Shown in pieces: positions 1 through 10,288 of a stretch of 28,982 nucleotides of DNA. How positions within the stretch are numbered: the stretch's first letter is position 1; each line of letters opens with the position of its first letter. The translations under genes were made by a program, and so were the position numbers. The stretch is taken from IMG/VR virus record IMGVR_UViG_3300016476_001024, positions 1 to 28,982 of that record. One strand, written 5' to 3'. The notes under the pieces were generated by a model. The model saw only the letters and a program-made list of their open reading frames with translations, made no database searches and had not been told where the DNA came from. The DNA comes from a virus (taxonomy: Duplodnaviria > Caudoviricetes).

Positions 1-1
1 T

Positions 2-1630
2 ATTAGATAATGTACCTCTAACTGCTAACAGTACAGAGGTTTGAACTCTAGAGAACTCGCCACCAGATAAAGAGTCAATACTGACTTCTTCACCATTATT
101 TACTACTACTACGTTTAGTTTGTCTCCAGTAAGTCTGAAGATAACTTGAAATTGTCCGTCACTCAGCAAGGCTAGATAGTGGTTTATATTATCCTCTAAC
201 TGCTTTGCAACGTTTTCTAGTTTGTAGGCAACAATACCACTAGTAGAGAATGCTTTTCTGAGTATAGCTATGTTTGCCACCTCATCTTGAATTTTAAGTA
301 TATCATCATTTAGCAGCTCTTGTCGAGCTTTAAAATCTCTAAGTTGCTCTACTAGGGCATCTATTTTAGCATTTCGTATCTTGACACTGTCATTATGCTT
401 ACGAGCATCTGAATTTTCTTTTTCTTGCCAAGCTAGTTCTTTTTCCGCTTCTTGTAGTTGTTTTTGAATACCTTTGTAGTCTGGATACGCTCTTGGTAAG
501 GTTGTATCTATTACTTGTGATAGTTGAGTAAATCTATCTATAGCCCGTTGATTTTTATCAAAAGCTGTTTTTGCCTTAGAATAGTCTGCTAACTCAGTAA
601 TTAGCTCAGCCAACGTACTTTTATTCTTAGATATGTTTGCTGAAAGGTCTTTTATACTATCTCTTAAAGTATTACTCAGAGTTATAGACCTAGAGTTGTC
701 AATTGCTTGTTTACAGGCGTAGCAATGGTCAGACATGTCTAGAGATTTTAAATCTCTATTTGCGGAACTTAGTGCTGATTCAAAACCTGCAATTCTAGCT
801 TTAATTAATTCAATGTCGGACAGCAAGCCTTCTCTAATAACAGGTTCTTGCACAGACATATCAAATACAAGTCTGTCTCTTTCTTCTATATTAAGATTGT
901 TTCTATCAATCTTATCACATATAGTCTTCTCTTGGGCTAGTTTACTTTTTAAATCTTCTATCTTACTATAAAGACTAGTATCTACATCAGGAACAACTTG
1001 CTCTACTGCTTTATCTGGTATAACATTTTTAGCTATGAAGTCTACTACAGTTTTCAACTCCCCAGATTTAGAGGCTAGTTCTTTTTCTTTGGCAGACTGT
1101 ACTACTTTTAACCCATCTCCTATCTCTAAATACCTTGAAAAGTTAAATAGGTTCACTAAGAATTTTTTACGGTTAGTATCTGTAGCTTTTAAAAACTCCA
1201 AGCTATCAGTACTGCTTTGATAAGTTAATTGGCTAAAGGTCTCGAAATCTCTGCCTATGATATCAGCTATCTTTTTATAGGTGTCCAATACCTTATGTTC
1301 GCTAATATCTTTTCCATCTTTTAGTAGTGTTACATGAGTACTAGCACCCGACCTCTTGCTTATGACCTCATAATCAATGCCGTCTACACTAAACTCTATC
1401 TTACCTTCCCAGTTTTTGGCTTTTGAGTATCTGTTCAGTATATCAGATTTCTTAAGACCTTTTATATTTTTGTTGTACAGCAGTTCTTGTATTATAATTG
1501 CTAGAGAGCTCTTACCACTACCATTACTAGCTAGCAGTTGAGTTATAGGAGTGTTGTTTAGCTCCAGTACATTGTTAGCGCCATAACTAAACATATTACT
1601 AAATGAAAGTCTTTTTAATACTACACTCAT
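2..1630 (-). CDS. SbcC/Rad50-like recombination ATPase (T5 D13-like), runs off the left edge of the window
   Basis: Not in the ORF track. ATG at 1630 overlaps the TGA of the SbcD-like gene (ATGA). My translation starts MSVVLKRLSFSNMFSYG, with Walker A ASNGSGKSS, coiled coil, zinc hook CYAC (713-724) and ABC signature SLSGGE near position 60. Confidence 0.9.
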   Translation of the reverse strand, partial: MSVVLKRLSFSNMFSYGANNVLELNNTPITQLLASNGSGKSSLAIIIQELLYNKNIKGLKKSDILNRYSKAKNWEGKIEFSVDGIDYEVISKRSGASTHVTLLKDGKDISEHKVLDTYKKIADIIGRDFETFSQLTYQSSTDSLEFLKATDTNRKKFLVNLFNFSRYLEIGDGLKVVQSAKEKELASKSGELKTVVDFIAKNVIPDKAVEQVVPDVDTSLYSKIEDLKSKLAQEKTICDKIDRNNLNIEERDRLVFDMSVQEPVIREGLLSDIELIKARIAGFESALSSANRDLKSLDMSDHCYACKQAIDNSRSITLSNTLRDSIKDLSANISKNKSTLAELITELADYSKAKTAFDKNQRAIDRFTQLSQVIDTTLPRAYPDYKGIQKQLQEAEKELAWQEKENSDARKHNDSVKIRNAKIDALVEQLRDFKARQELLNDDILKIQDEVANIAILRKAFSTSGIVAYKLENVAKQLEDNINHYLALLSDGQFQVIFRLTGDKLNVVVVNNGEEVSIDSLSGGEFSRVQTSVLLAVRGTLSN

Positions 1631-2589
1631 ATCTTTATTCCTAGACTGTTGAACAATTGTAAAACTTCTTCTTTGTTATTTATCTTTATGAAGTCTAGAT
1701 ACATTGTTAGCTCTTCTGGTAAGGTTTTGTTTACTAGATTTAGCTTAGAGTTTTCTTGGGGCTTGTCAGCTATTTTCTTGTCTAATAGTTCGTGACTTTG
1801 AACTTTACTAAGCTTATCAATGCTGCCAGTTACTTCGTATACTACGTGGTTTACTGCATCTGACTTTAGTTCAGTACCTGCTTCTACCGTTTTTCTAATA
1901 AGCTTTGGTAGATTTAGATTTACAAATTCTACAGTATATTCAGTATCGCTAACCATATGTATTATGTCGATACCGTACTCTCTTTTATCGTCTCTATCAA
2001 AAGTAGTGTTAAGAGGGCTTCCAGGATAGTACACTGGGTAATCTTTGTACTTATGGTTAAAGTGTAAGTCCCCCAATAACACCAAATTCCAAGGTCTTAG
2101 TTTTTCAAAATCAAACTCTGGAGTTATGTGCGGAGGCACTTCTCCCCGTATGTGAGTTACTAGTATGTCTCCCTTTATGCACTTAGGTATATTACCAGTT
2201 TGCATCTCTCCATATGGAAACAACTGAAAACCCTGCCCTCCTACTTCTACTCTTTTGTTAGTTGTAGACAGATGAAAGTTGTCGTTATTTATAACATTAT
2301 CCTGTTCGAAATATTCTAAGAAACTTTTACCTTTAGTAGATGCTTCGTGGTTTCCAGGTATAGCTAGTGTTGGTTTTTTTACAGCATTAGCGTAGCTGAG
2401 AAACAAGCAAATCTCGTCTGGTTCTGGTTTCTTATCAAAAATATCTCCAGATATAACAGTTACGTCGCACTCTTTCTCTAACTCAAGCAGTTTGTTAAAT
2501 AGTTTAGTAAACCTATTAACTTGCCACTCATAAGGTATTTTCTTTTTGTGCAGATTTATATGTATGTCAGCTACGCTAAGTATTTTCAT
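1627..2589 (-). CDS. SbcD/Mre11-like metallophosphoesterase nuclease (T5 D12-like)
   Basis: Motifs ADIH, GDIFD, GNHE, THI, GDLH; sits next to the SbcC-like gene. Confidence 0.92.
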   Translation of the reverse strand: MKILSVADIHINLHKKKIPYEWQVNRFTKLFNKLLELEKECDVTVISGDIFDKKPEPDEICLFLSYANAVKKPTLAIPGNHEASTKGKSFLEYFEQDNVINNDNFHLSTTNKRVEVGGQGFQLFPYGEMQTGNIPKCIKGDILVTHIRGEVPPHITPEFDFEKLRPWNLVLLGDLHFNHKYKDYPVYYPGSPLNTTFDRDDKREYGIDIIHMVSDTEYTVEFVNLNLPKLIRKTVEAGTELKSDAVNHVVYEVTGSIDKLSKVQSHELLDKKIADKPQENSKLNLVNKTLPEELTMYLDFIKINNKEEVLQLFNSLGIKI

Positions 2590-3470
2590 GGTCCCGGTCT
2601 TAGTAAATTGTTTAGGTTTCCTTCAAAAGTATAGCTACCTACGTGATTCAGTTTAGTGTTAGGATCTACCCAAATCTCGCCGCCCATGTCTTGCCAACGT
2701 CTGCAGAAGGTATAGTCTTCACTAAGGTATCTCTTATCTTTTGGGTCTATCATAGTATCCCATAGAGCATAACAGTATGGGTTGAATTTAGGGTCTATAG
2801 AACTATCATTTCTATAGTGAAGCTCAGGATAGTGCTGAGTCATCTTTTCTACTACTTCTTTTTTCACTAGGAAGAAGCCGGTAGAAGCATCTAGTACTTC
2901 TACAGTACCCATATGTGACCGTACACGATTTGTTCCTGGTTCTACTTTTAGATTGATTGCATAATCGGCGCCAAAAGTAGATAGGTTCTCTTCGCCTCTT
3001 TGTGCGGCAGCTTTTACCATCCCCCAGTTAATAGTCTTTTTAGGATAAGCAGCAGCTATTACATCTTTGTCCATAGCTAGCATACGTATTACGCTCTCAG
3101 GGTCGAACTCTATGTCTGCATCAATAAACATTAGATGAGTAGAGCTTTGATCTTCTAAGAACATAGCAGTGAGTATGTTTCTAGCCCTAGGTATTAGGCT
3201 CTCATTTCTGAGAGTTGTAATTCTAAACTTAATTCCATATTGCATCAGTGCCTGACTAAGCCTAAACATGCTCAGGAAATACTGATCAGTAACAAGACCA
3301 CCATAACAAGGTGTAGCAAAGAAAACATTTAAGCTTCTTAGATAGTCTAGATTTACAGATACTTTGTCGCCCTCTATGGACTTAAAACCTGCAGGTAGTT
3401 TTGCATTTGATGGGGCAGGTGTTTCCTGCCCCTTAGTTGAGTTTATATCAGATAACTTCTTCTTAACCAT
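2586..3470 (-). CDS. GT-A fold glycosyltransferase-like protein
   Basis: ATPCYGG, ESLIPRARN, FIDADI (DxD) and LSEDYTFCRRW motifs typical of viral/bacterial GT2-like proteins. Confidence 0.75.
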   Translation of the reverse strand: MVKKKLSDINSTKGQETPAPSNAKLPAGFKSIEGDKVSVNLDYLRSLNVFFATPCYGGLVTDQYFLSMFRLSQALMQYGIKFRITTLRNESLIPRARNILTAMFLEDQSSTHLMFIDADIEFDPESVIRMLAMDKDVIAAAYPKKTINWGMVKAAAQRGEENLSTFGADYAINLKVEPGTNRVRSHMGTVEVLDASTGFFLVKKEVVEKMTQHYPELHYRNDSSIDPKFNPYCYALWDTMIDPKDKRYLSEDYTFCRRWQDMGGEIWVDPNTKLNHVGSYTFEGNLNNLLRPGP

Positions 3471-4138
3471 TATAGGTCTTCCATAGTTTCAGTGCTGCGA
3501 AGATCTTCGGCTGTTTCTTCCGTAAACAGAGAAGTATTCTCAAGTAGCCATTTTTTCTGTTCTTCGTAAGACTGACGCTTGAAAATAGAATCGAGGTTGT
3601 ACATTTCAATTTCACGTTCAGAGGCAGTTAGAGGTACAGTGTTACGACTTGGCATAACAGTGTACTTAACGTTTTGAGGAAGAGGGCCAGTTTTTTCCTT
3701 GCGGATAGTAAGATCATATCCATTATCTGGGTCAGCAGGAGAGCCATAATCAGGATCGCGTGCATAGTCGATAAGTTGTTTAAAAATTGTAGTCTTTAGA
3801 TCCATAAGCTTTAGCTTACCATCAGCTCGATCAATAACGTTTACCACATACGCAAATTGTGGCTTTTCGTTGTATACAGACTCGTCTAGTTCGCGGAAAG
3901 GATCGCGGGCGTTGTTAAATTCTTCAGTGTCTCGGTCGAAGCTCAAGCACTCGAGTGGGTGCTTCTTACCTTCATTAGTAGTCACCCAACGAACGTAACG
4001 AGGAAGTACGTTACCAATAATACGTACTCGAGTGCTATCTTTATCTAGCTTAACTCGTACAATCTCAGTACGATCTCCACCACCACTCTGTGGCTTTTTT
4101 AGTTGTGACCAGTCGCGACCCATTGCTTTAGTTGTCAT
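3470..4138 (-). CDS. Single-stranded DNA-binding protein (T5 D11-like)
   Basis: RVRIIGNVLPRYVRW, ECLSFDR, VIDRADGKLKLM segments and an acidic C-terminus recall T5 D11; syntenic between D10-like and D12-like genes. Confidence 0.8.
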   Translation of the reverse strand: MTTKAMGRDWSQLKKPQSGGGDRTEIVRVKLDKDSTRVRIIGNVLPRYVRWVTTNEGKKHPLECLSFDRDTEEFNNARDPFRELDESVYNEKPQFAYVVNVIDRADGKLKLMDLKTTIFKQLIDYARDPDYGSPADPDNGYDLTIRKEKTGPLPQNVKYTVMPSRNTVPLTASEREIEMYNLDSIFKRQSYEEQKKWLLENTSLFTEETAEDLRSTETMEDL

Positions 4139-4584
4139 AGTTGTTTCTCCAGTGTGAATTTTAGTTTTGAATTTTCGTGTTTAATAAAAGGGTTTTTCCA
4201 ATAGTTTTCTTCAACATAATTATCAGGAACCCAGCAGTTTTTATTACCCAAGCTTCTCTGAGAGAGAATATATAAATATTCTGATTTTAAGTATGGTGAA
4301 GTCTTTTTGTGTAGGAATGAACAGTTTGTTATGTAACTCTGTGGCTCTCTACATTGGTAATTAGAAAAAATACCGTTCTTACTCTCTACTATCAGCTTAC
4401 TGTGTATTAATGAATAATAGTTATTCCCTATGTTTAGCTTTTTCTGTAGCATGTGATGGCTACTGGCTATTCTAGGTACTAAAGGATTACTTCTATTAAT
4501 ATAGAGGCAGAATATTAGTATAACTTGACAGTCAGGGATTCTAGTTATACTATTTAATTCATACCAATTAAACTGTACTATCAT
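4135..4584 (-). CDS. Hypothetical phage protein
   Basis: 149-aa ORF with ATGA overlap into the SSB gene; no motif recognised. Confidence 0.65.
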   Translation of the reverse strand: MIVQFNWYELNSITRIPDCQVILIFCLYINRSNPLVPRIASSHHMLQKKLNIGNNYYSLIHSKLIVESKNGIFSNYQCREPQSYITNCSFLHKKTSPYLKSEYLYILSQRSLGNKNCWVPDNYVEENYWKNPFIKHENSKLKFTLEKQL

Positions 4585-4603
4585 AATATGTTCTTTTTAA
4601 CCA

Positions 4604-6232
4604 TCAGTCAACAGACATTTTTAAGACTTCTAGTCTATTGTTCAGACTATCAAATACACTATCCCAATTCTTGTAAGACGTCTGTCTAATATCTGTAACC
4701 GTACTGTACCATCTATTCTCAGGCCCGTGTAATCCCCATCGCCAATCAGCAGACCAAGCGTGAAGCATTAACACTCGTTTACCTAGTCCAGCTGCTAGAT
4801 GTGCTACCATCGAGTCTACGGATATTACCAGCGAGCAATCTTGTAGCACTCTGCAGGTATCTAATAGTCCTTGCATGTCAGATTTGGCAGATACTACGTT
4901 TGGTGCGCTAATTAGCTCTTCGTCCCTGTCAATCTGTAGTGATACAAATTCTATATCTGGGTGTTCAGATATTAATGTGTTTATATAGTCCGTGGGAGCA
5001 GACCTCAGAGAGTCGTTAGCATGATGAACAGAGCCCTTCCAGAATAATCCTATCTTATTAGTATACTTACCTAAAGGCTCAGCTTTAAATGGTAAAACTG
5101 TAGTCTCATGTGGTTTAATCTTTAGCTGGTATCCCAGACTCATTATAGGTAGGACGCACTCGTATTCTTCAGATATTTTGTCTACGCCCCTAACAAATAC
5201 GTCTCTAACGTAGTCTGAAAGGTTGTGTTCTATAAACTCTTTTGGAGATTTTACAGTGTTATCTGACATTGGTAAGAATGTATTAGGCAGCACCATAACG
5301 TCTATATTTTTACAATGCTTGAATACTTCGGGTATTAAGTGCGAGAATTGTAGTAGGTCTCCTATACCTTGCTCTTGAAAAAGAAGTACGCTATCATACT
5401 CGTTTAGTTCTGAGAACCGTTTCTTGCCTAGTGCCAGCAAATCTTTATATGCGTACTTATCAGTTTCTAGTCTGGCTTCATGTAGCCTCCAGCCTCTAGA
5501 AAAGTTTCCTCGTAGTATCTCTAACATGCCTTCTTGATATATTGTATCAAGCACCATAGATTTATCCGTACTCATTTCAGCTATTTTACAACTATTTATG
5601 GCTTCATCTACCATATTTAGGTTAGCATATACCGATACTAGGTTTTTGTGAGCTATAGGATTATATTTGTCATATGTTAATGCTTTTTCAAGTATTACTT
5701 TAGCTTGATCTATGTATTCTAGGTTTAGTAGGCAGCCTCCCCATCCAGATAGAATATCTACTAGAAGCTTTGTATTAGTATTGTAACTCTCTACATAATA
5801 ATCAAAAGCTTTTTCAAATAAAGAATCCGCTTGTAACTGCACATTTTTATCAGTGGGTTTAGACTTACTCAATACGGTAGCCATAGTCAATAGATTCTTT
5901 GGCTCTTTATTATCTATAGTCAGCGCATGACTAGCGCACTCTTCCGCTCTTTCAAAATCACCTAGTTCTAGATAAGAGCCTGCTAGACCAATAAGCACTT
6001 CTTGATTTAATGGGTTTACTATTAAAGCTCTTTCAAAAGCCTGTATAGACTTTGAATAGTTGCCTTCTAGTTGACTAATCCATCCTTCAAAGAAGTGATA
6101 CAATTCGTTAGTAGGCTTATAATTCTTTTTTACTATAGACCTGGCTGTAGACAGCTTGCCTTCGTATATCAGTTCTATTATCTTATTTGCTGCTAATCGT
6201 TTAGCATGGGAAAGTTGTTTCTTATGTACCAT
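4604..6232 (-). CDS. TPR-repeat protein with C-terminal GT9-like (GT-B) glycosyltransferase domain
   Basis: N-terminal TPR-like helices (e.g. AFERALIVNPLNQEVLIGLAGSYLELGDFERA); C-terminal EQGIGDLLQF, VISVDSMVAHLAAGLG, ADWRWG motifs. Confidence 0.85.
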   Translation of the reverse strand: MVHKKQLSHAKRLAANKIIELIYEGKLSTARSIVKKNYKPTNELYHFFEGWISQLEGNYSKSIQAFERALIVNPLNQEVLIGLAGSYLELGDFERAEECASHALTIDNKEPKNLLTMATVLSKSKPTDKNVQLQADSLFEKAFDYYVESYNTNTKLLVDILSGWGGCLLNLEYIDQAKVILEKALTYDKYNPIAHKNLVSVYANLNMVDEAINSCKIAEMSTDKSMVLDTIYQEGMLEILRGNFSRGWRLHEARLETDKYAYKDLLALGKKRFSELNEYDSVLLFQEQGIGDLLQFSHLIPEVFKHCKNIDVMVLPNTFLPMSDNTVKSPKEFIEHNLSDYVRDVFVRGVDKISEEYECVLPIMSLGYQLKIKPHETTVLPFKAEPLGKYTNKIGLFWKGSVHHANDSLRSAPTDYINTLISEHPDIEFVSLQIDRDEELISAPNVVSAKSDMQGLLDTCRVLQDCSLVISVDSMVAHLAAGLGKRVLMLHAWSADWRWGLHGPENRWYSTVTDIRQTSYKNWDSVFDSLNNRLEVLKMSVD

Positions 6233-7497
6233 TCTAATCTATTTCTCTGTTGTGCTTGAACTATAGCGCCAGATAGCCAAAAATCTACAATGAGAGGAGA
6301 TTTCTTTTCTGGATGCTCTCTTTGTATTCTTCCTATTCTTTGTTCTAGTTTTGCTGCATTGTTGTTTGGGCAGGTAAAATATATAGTGTCAAGCCTGTGG
6401 CAGCTTATTCCTTCGTCAAAAATCTTAGTGGTAAGAATTGCTCTATATTTAGTACCTGCATTTTTTAGTATCTCGTCCCTATTCTTTGTTGCCCCTACGA
6501 GCAACACACTATTAGGTATCAATGCTCTCAACTGCTCTAGCATTTCTATACGTTCGCTCAGTATAAGTAAACATCTGCCTGATGCTATTTTATCTCTAGC
6601 GTGCGTGGCTATCAGGTTTAGATAAGCAGTATTACTTCCTAGCTTGGTTAATTGTTTTGTCCAATCTCTATTAGGATTGATTATAGGAAACGGTATACTA
6701 GTTTTTACTACTTCTACACTAGGCACTAGCTTACTAACGTCTTTTGCAATTACTTTGTTAGGTCCAAAATAGTCTGGTAGAATTACGTGAAGTCCATCTT
6801 TTCTCCAAGGAGTTGCACTGAGAGCAATCTTTACCTTAGCGTTTATGCCGTTTACCACTTTACTAAATGTTTCAGCAGGGCAAAGATGTGCCTCATCCAC
6901 AAACATAACTTCAAAGGTATCTTGTATCTTGTCTAGCCTTTTTATTAGGCTCTTGTATATACCTACTGTTATTGGTTTTATACTTTCTCTACCGTCGCCT
7001 ATAAAACCTATATCTGTACCAGATATTAATTTCTTCAACTCGCTGTACCACTGCTCAGCTAATAGTTTTGTATGACATACTATGATAGTGGGTTTTTTAT
7101 ATGTTCCTACTATATAGGTACCAGCAAATGTTTTGCCCCAGCCACAAGGTGCCTGTATCAATCCACTAAATAGCTTATCTCCGCTAAGTAGTTTATCTAC
7201 TGTCTCTTGCTGAGTTTCTCTAAGAGTACCATTAAATGTCCAGTCTTGGGCAGTTGTTACAAATCTATCGTCAGTTAGGTCTAGTATGTTTAGCTTATGC
7301 CAAGCTCCGCTAGGAACACTACACATCCCAGTCTCCTCATTGTACTCTATTGTTGAGTAAAATGAGTCTACCATGTTGTACGTAAATAATACGTATCTTA
7401 AAGTGTGTAGGTCTATATCTACTAAATCTGATTTATGAAAGTATATCTTATCGGATATAGTAGCTTTCTTAACGGTATACTTGACTTTGCTGTTCAT
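6193..7497 (-). CDS. Superfamily 2 DEAH helicase (T5 D10/UvsW-like)
   Basis: APCGWGKT Walker A, DEAH, SAT and QRIGRIQR motif VI. Confidence 0.92.
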   Translation of the reverse strand: MNSKVKYTVKKATISDKIYFHKSDLVDIDLHTLRYVLFTYNMVDSFYSTIEYNEETGMCSVPSGAWHKLNILDLTDDRFVTTAQDWTFNGTLRETQQETVDKLLSGDKLFSGLIQAPCGWGKTFAGTYIVGTYKKPTIIVCHTKLLAEQWYSELKKLISGTDIGFIGDGRESIKPITVGIYKSLIKRLDKIQDTFEVMFVDEAHLCPAETFSKVVNGINAKVKIALSATPWRKDGLHVILPDYFGPNKVIAKDVSKLVPSVEVVKTSIPFPIINPNRDWTKQLTKLGSNTAYLNLIATHARDKIASGRCLLILSERIEMLEQLRALIPNSVLLVGATKNRDEILKNAGTKYRAILTTKIFDEGISCHRLDTIYFTCPNNNAAKLEQRIGRIQREHPEKKSPLIVDFWLSGAIVQAQQRNRLEWYIRNNFPMLND

Positions 7498-8000
7498 AGT
7501 GTTAATTCATGTACGGGCTCATTGAAACTTGAGAAACGATATAGATACCATACCTCGTCAATATATACAATGGTTATATACTGCTCTAGTATGGTAGCCG
7601 GGTCTACTATGTTTTTAGATAATTTAAAAGGATAACTTACTGTGTTTAGCCATATTAGATTGTCTCTTACCTTTACTACCTGTACTGTCCTTGCTTTAAA
7701 TTTTTGTTTCTGACGAAAGTCGTAAATTTTAGCCTTAGAATCTATACCCCATTCTATAGGTTTAGATATTAGTTGACTAATATTTGTGCACGTATAATCG
7801 AAGAAAAAGAAGTCATCCTTAACTGACACGTATCGTTTCAGTAAGGATGTTTTTTCTTTATACTCATCAATGGTGTGCCAATCGTCTTCCTCTGTTCTTT
7901 TTACAGAGATAGAATTAAGCCGTATAGAAAAGTCATACGGCTTTTTCTTTAGTGCGAATATTGGAAACTCAATTCCATAGAACTTACTTCGGGCCTTCAT
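7494..8000 (-). CDS. Hypothetical protein in the T5-type position between polymerase and D10-like helicase
   Basis: 168-aa ORF overlapping both neighbours; position matches T5-like synteny as I recall it. Confidence 0.7.
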   Translation of the reverse strand: MKARSKFYGIEFPIFALKKKPYDFSIRLNSISVKRTEEDDWHTIDEYKEKTSLLKRYVSVKDDFFFFDYTCTNISQLISKPIEWGIDSKAKIYDFRQKQKFKARTVQVVKVRDNLIWLNTVSYPFKLSKNIVDPATILEQYITIVYIDEVWYLYRFSSFNEPVHELTL

Positions 8001-10230
8001 ATGAGTACAGTTCTCCCCACGAAGGGCCGATTTCGACGTCTACCACAATTGGGCAGTTAGGAATGTTAACCCCTCGGTCTTTTTGTAGATTTGAACGTAA
8101 CTGACGTACATACTCATCTACATATTCATCTGCTACTTCAGCAACCACGGAGTCGTGTACTGTTGCAAATACACAAATTTTGTCGCGTAGACCATTCTTC
8201 TCAATCCAATCAATGGTGTCGATTAGACCAAGCAAGTTAACATCACTAGCTACGCTCTGTACCAAGAAGTTTAGACCGCTTCGCGCAGCGTGAGTTGCAG
8301 TAGCGCGGTTATCAGCTTTAGCCTCTGGAAGACGGCGCTTACGTCCAAAAGCACTATAGATGAAGTAGTTAGAGTTAATCATGTCAAGACATGTATCAAT
8401 CCAACGCTTAAGCGCGTTAGCTTCTCTAAAGTATTTTGCGATGAAGTCTTTAGCTTCTGCGATAGTTACGTTTGCAGTTTCTGCAATTTTGCTAGGCCCA
8501 GCACCGTATAGAATACCGAAGGTAATAGCTTTGGCCCATTGACGCTCATTTGGATAGAGCTTCTTAACATCGTCTACAGGACAAGACAGTTTAAACATGT
8601 TCTTAGCCACATACGAGTGGAAGTCCATCTTCTCAATAAAAGCTCGTTGTAGAAACTTGTCATTACTAAGCGCAGCAGCAATATAAACTTCTGCAGTACC
8701 AAGGTCAGCCTGAATGATCTTATAGCCTGGGCGAGCCTTGAATACTTTCTTAATGCCTGCGTCTTTGTCGCGTGGTAGGTTCTGATAGTTTAGAACACCG
8801 CTAGAGCTTAGTCGTCCGCTAGTAGTACCAGTAACGTTGAAGCTACTACGAAGCCTACTATCCTTATCGAGACCGTCACGAATGTTTTTAAGATAAGTCT
8901 GGCTTAGCTTAACTTTCTTGCGAAGGTCTAGAATTGCTTCTGTAATCGGGTGTTTTAGGCTTTCAAGAACTTCGGCATCAGTACTGAATGCGCCAGTTTC
9001 AGTTTTCTTGATAGGTTTAAGCTTAAGAATGTTAAACAGGATTTCACGTAGATGAAATACGCTGTTAGGATTGAACGTCTTCTGTTGACGCTCTTCAAAC
9101 TCTTGAACTGCTGGATGGAAGGCCAGCTCATTCATAGTTTCTTCAATGTCAATCTTGTAATCTTCAATCAGCTCTTCAAGAACGTTTAGGTCAATAGGGC
9201 CACCATTCTCTTCAATGTGAATGATAGCACGAGTTACAGGCTTTAGAATAGTCTCATACAGCTTAGTAAATTCTTTACTTGCCCAAATCTTAGGACTGAA
9301 CTTATTGAACAACTGAAAAGTGGCATCGCCGTCTTTACAGCCGTAAGGAGCAAGAATTTCAGGAGGAAGCATGCCATAGTTGAAGTCGTCGAGCTTTACC
9401 TTATGTTGACGGCACCAGTTCTTTTTGTACTCGTCTAACTCACGTTCGTAGTCACCTAGGTCAGTAAACTTGAGTGCTAGAGGCTTTAGACCGTGAGTAC
9501 CTACGCTTTCATCTAAGCAGTAGTGCATAAGCATGGTATCTTCAAAGTCTGGGAAATCAAACCCATACTCATAGCGGATGAACTGAATATCGAACTTGCT
9601 GTTGTGAAATACGCACTTCTTAGTTCGGAAAATTTCTTCAAATTCGTCGTAGTAATGTTCGATAATATGTGCGTCTACGTATACGCCTTCATGAGGCTTT
9701 GTACTGAATACAAAACCTAGAATAGAGCCTTTACGTGGAGATAGGGAGGTGGTCTCAGTATCGACTGAGATTACTTTTACTTCTGGGTCTTGAAGTTTGC
9801 GCAGATATGGAAGAAACTCTAGTTCGTCTGTATAATGATGATAATTCTTCTCATGTGCAATAGCTTCTTCGCCGTTAATAAGCTTCTTTAATCGGTCAAA
9901 AGCCTTCTGAATATCGTCACGATATTGAGGCTTAATAAAAGTCATATTAGGGTCTAGAATCGGCAAATACTTTTCATTTACAACAATGCCGTTGTATTTA
10001 GTAATGCCAGTAAGTCCGCATACATACTTAAGTGGTTCTGCACCGATAGGGCAAACCACATCAAACTCGTCTAACACAGATAAGGTTAGATCAACATCTT
10101 TCTTTAGGATTTTTTCTTTAGGTTCAGAGCTTAGATAAATTGTTTCAAACTTAATATTACCAGCATACTCTCTGAATAGAGCTGGAACGTTATTTTTAAG
10201 TGGAGAACTTAGTACAATTGCTAGTTTCAT
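7984..10230 (-). CDS. polA: Family A DNA polymerase with 3'-5' exonuclease (T5-type)
   Basis: Exo I DTET, Exo II HNSKFD, Exo III YGCKD; TTSGRLSS, NYQNLP, motif A DLGTAE, motif B RQWAKAITFGILYG, motif C VHDS. Confidence 0.96.
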   Translation of the reverse strand: MKLAIVLSSPLKNNVPALFREYAGNIKFETIYLSSEPKEKILKKDVDLTLSVLDEFDVVCPIGAEPLKYVCGLTGITKYNGIVVNEKYLPILDPNMTFIKPQYRDDIQKAFDRLKKLINGEEAIAHEKNYHHYTDELEFLPYLRKLQDPEVKVISVDTETTSLSPRKGSILGFVFSTKPHEGVYVDAHIIEHYYDEFEEIFRTKKCVFHNSKFDIQFIRYEYGFDFPDFEDTMLMHYCLDESVGTHGLKPLALKFTDLGDYERELDEYKKNWCRQHKVKLDDFNYGMLPPEILAPYGCKDGDATFQLFNKFSPKIWASKEFTKLYETILKPVTRAIIHIEENGGPIDLNVLEELIEDYKIDIEETMNELAFHPAVQEFEERQQKTFNPNSVFHLREILFNILKLKPIKKTETGAFSTDAEVLESLKHPITEAILDLRKKVKLSQTYLKNIRDGLDKDSRLRSSFNVTGTTSGRLSSSGVLNYQNLPRDKDAGIKKVFKARPGYKIIQADLGTAEVYIAAALSNDKFLQRAFIEKMDFHSYVAKNMFKLSCPVDDVKKLYPNERQWAKAITFGILYGAGPSKIAETANVTIAEAKDFIAKYFREANALKRWIDTCLDMINSNYFIYSAFGRKRRLPEAKADNRATATHAARSGLNFLVQSVASDVNLLGLIDTIDWIEKNGLRDKICVFATVHDSVVAEVADEYVDEYVRQLRSNLQKDRGVNIPNCPIVVDVEIGPSWGELYSYEGPK

Positions 10231-10259
10231 GTGTTACTCTCTTGTTAGTATCAGAGTTT

Positions 10260-10288
10260 ATAATAGCTTACTGTAAAGCATTAGTCAA
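10260..10288 (-). promoter_or_regulatory. Putative sigma70 promoter for the polymerase gene
   Basis: TTGACT-17 bp-TATTAT on the minus strand, 30 nt upstream of the ATG at 10230. Confidence 0.6.

Noticed and set aside
7984-10230. Intron or intein in the DNA polymerase
   Set aside because: Continuous 748-aa ORF with all motifs at normal spacing.
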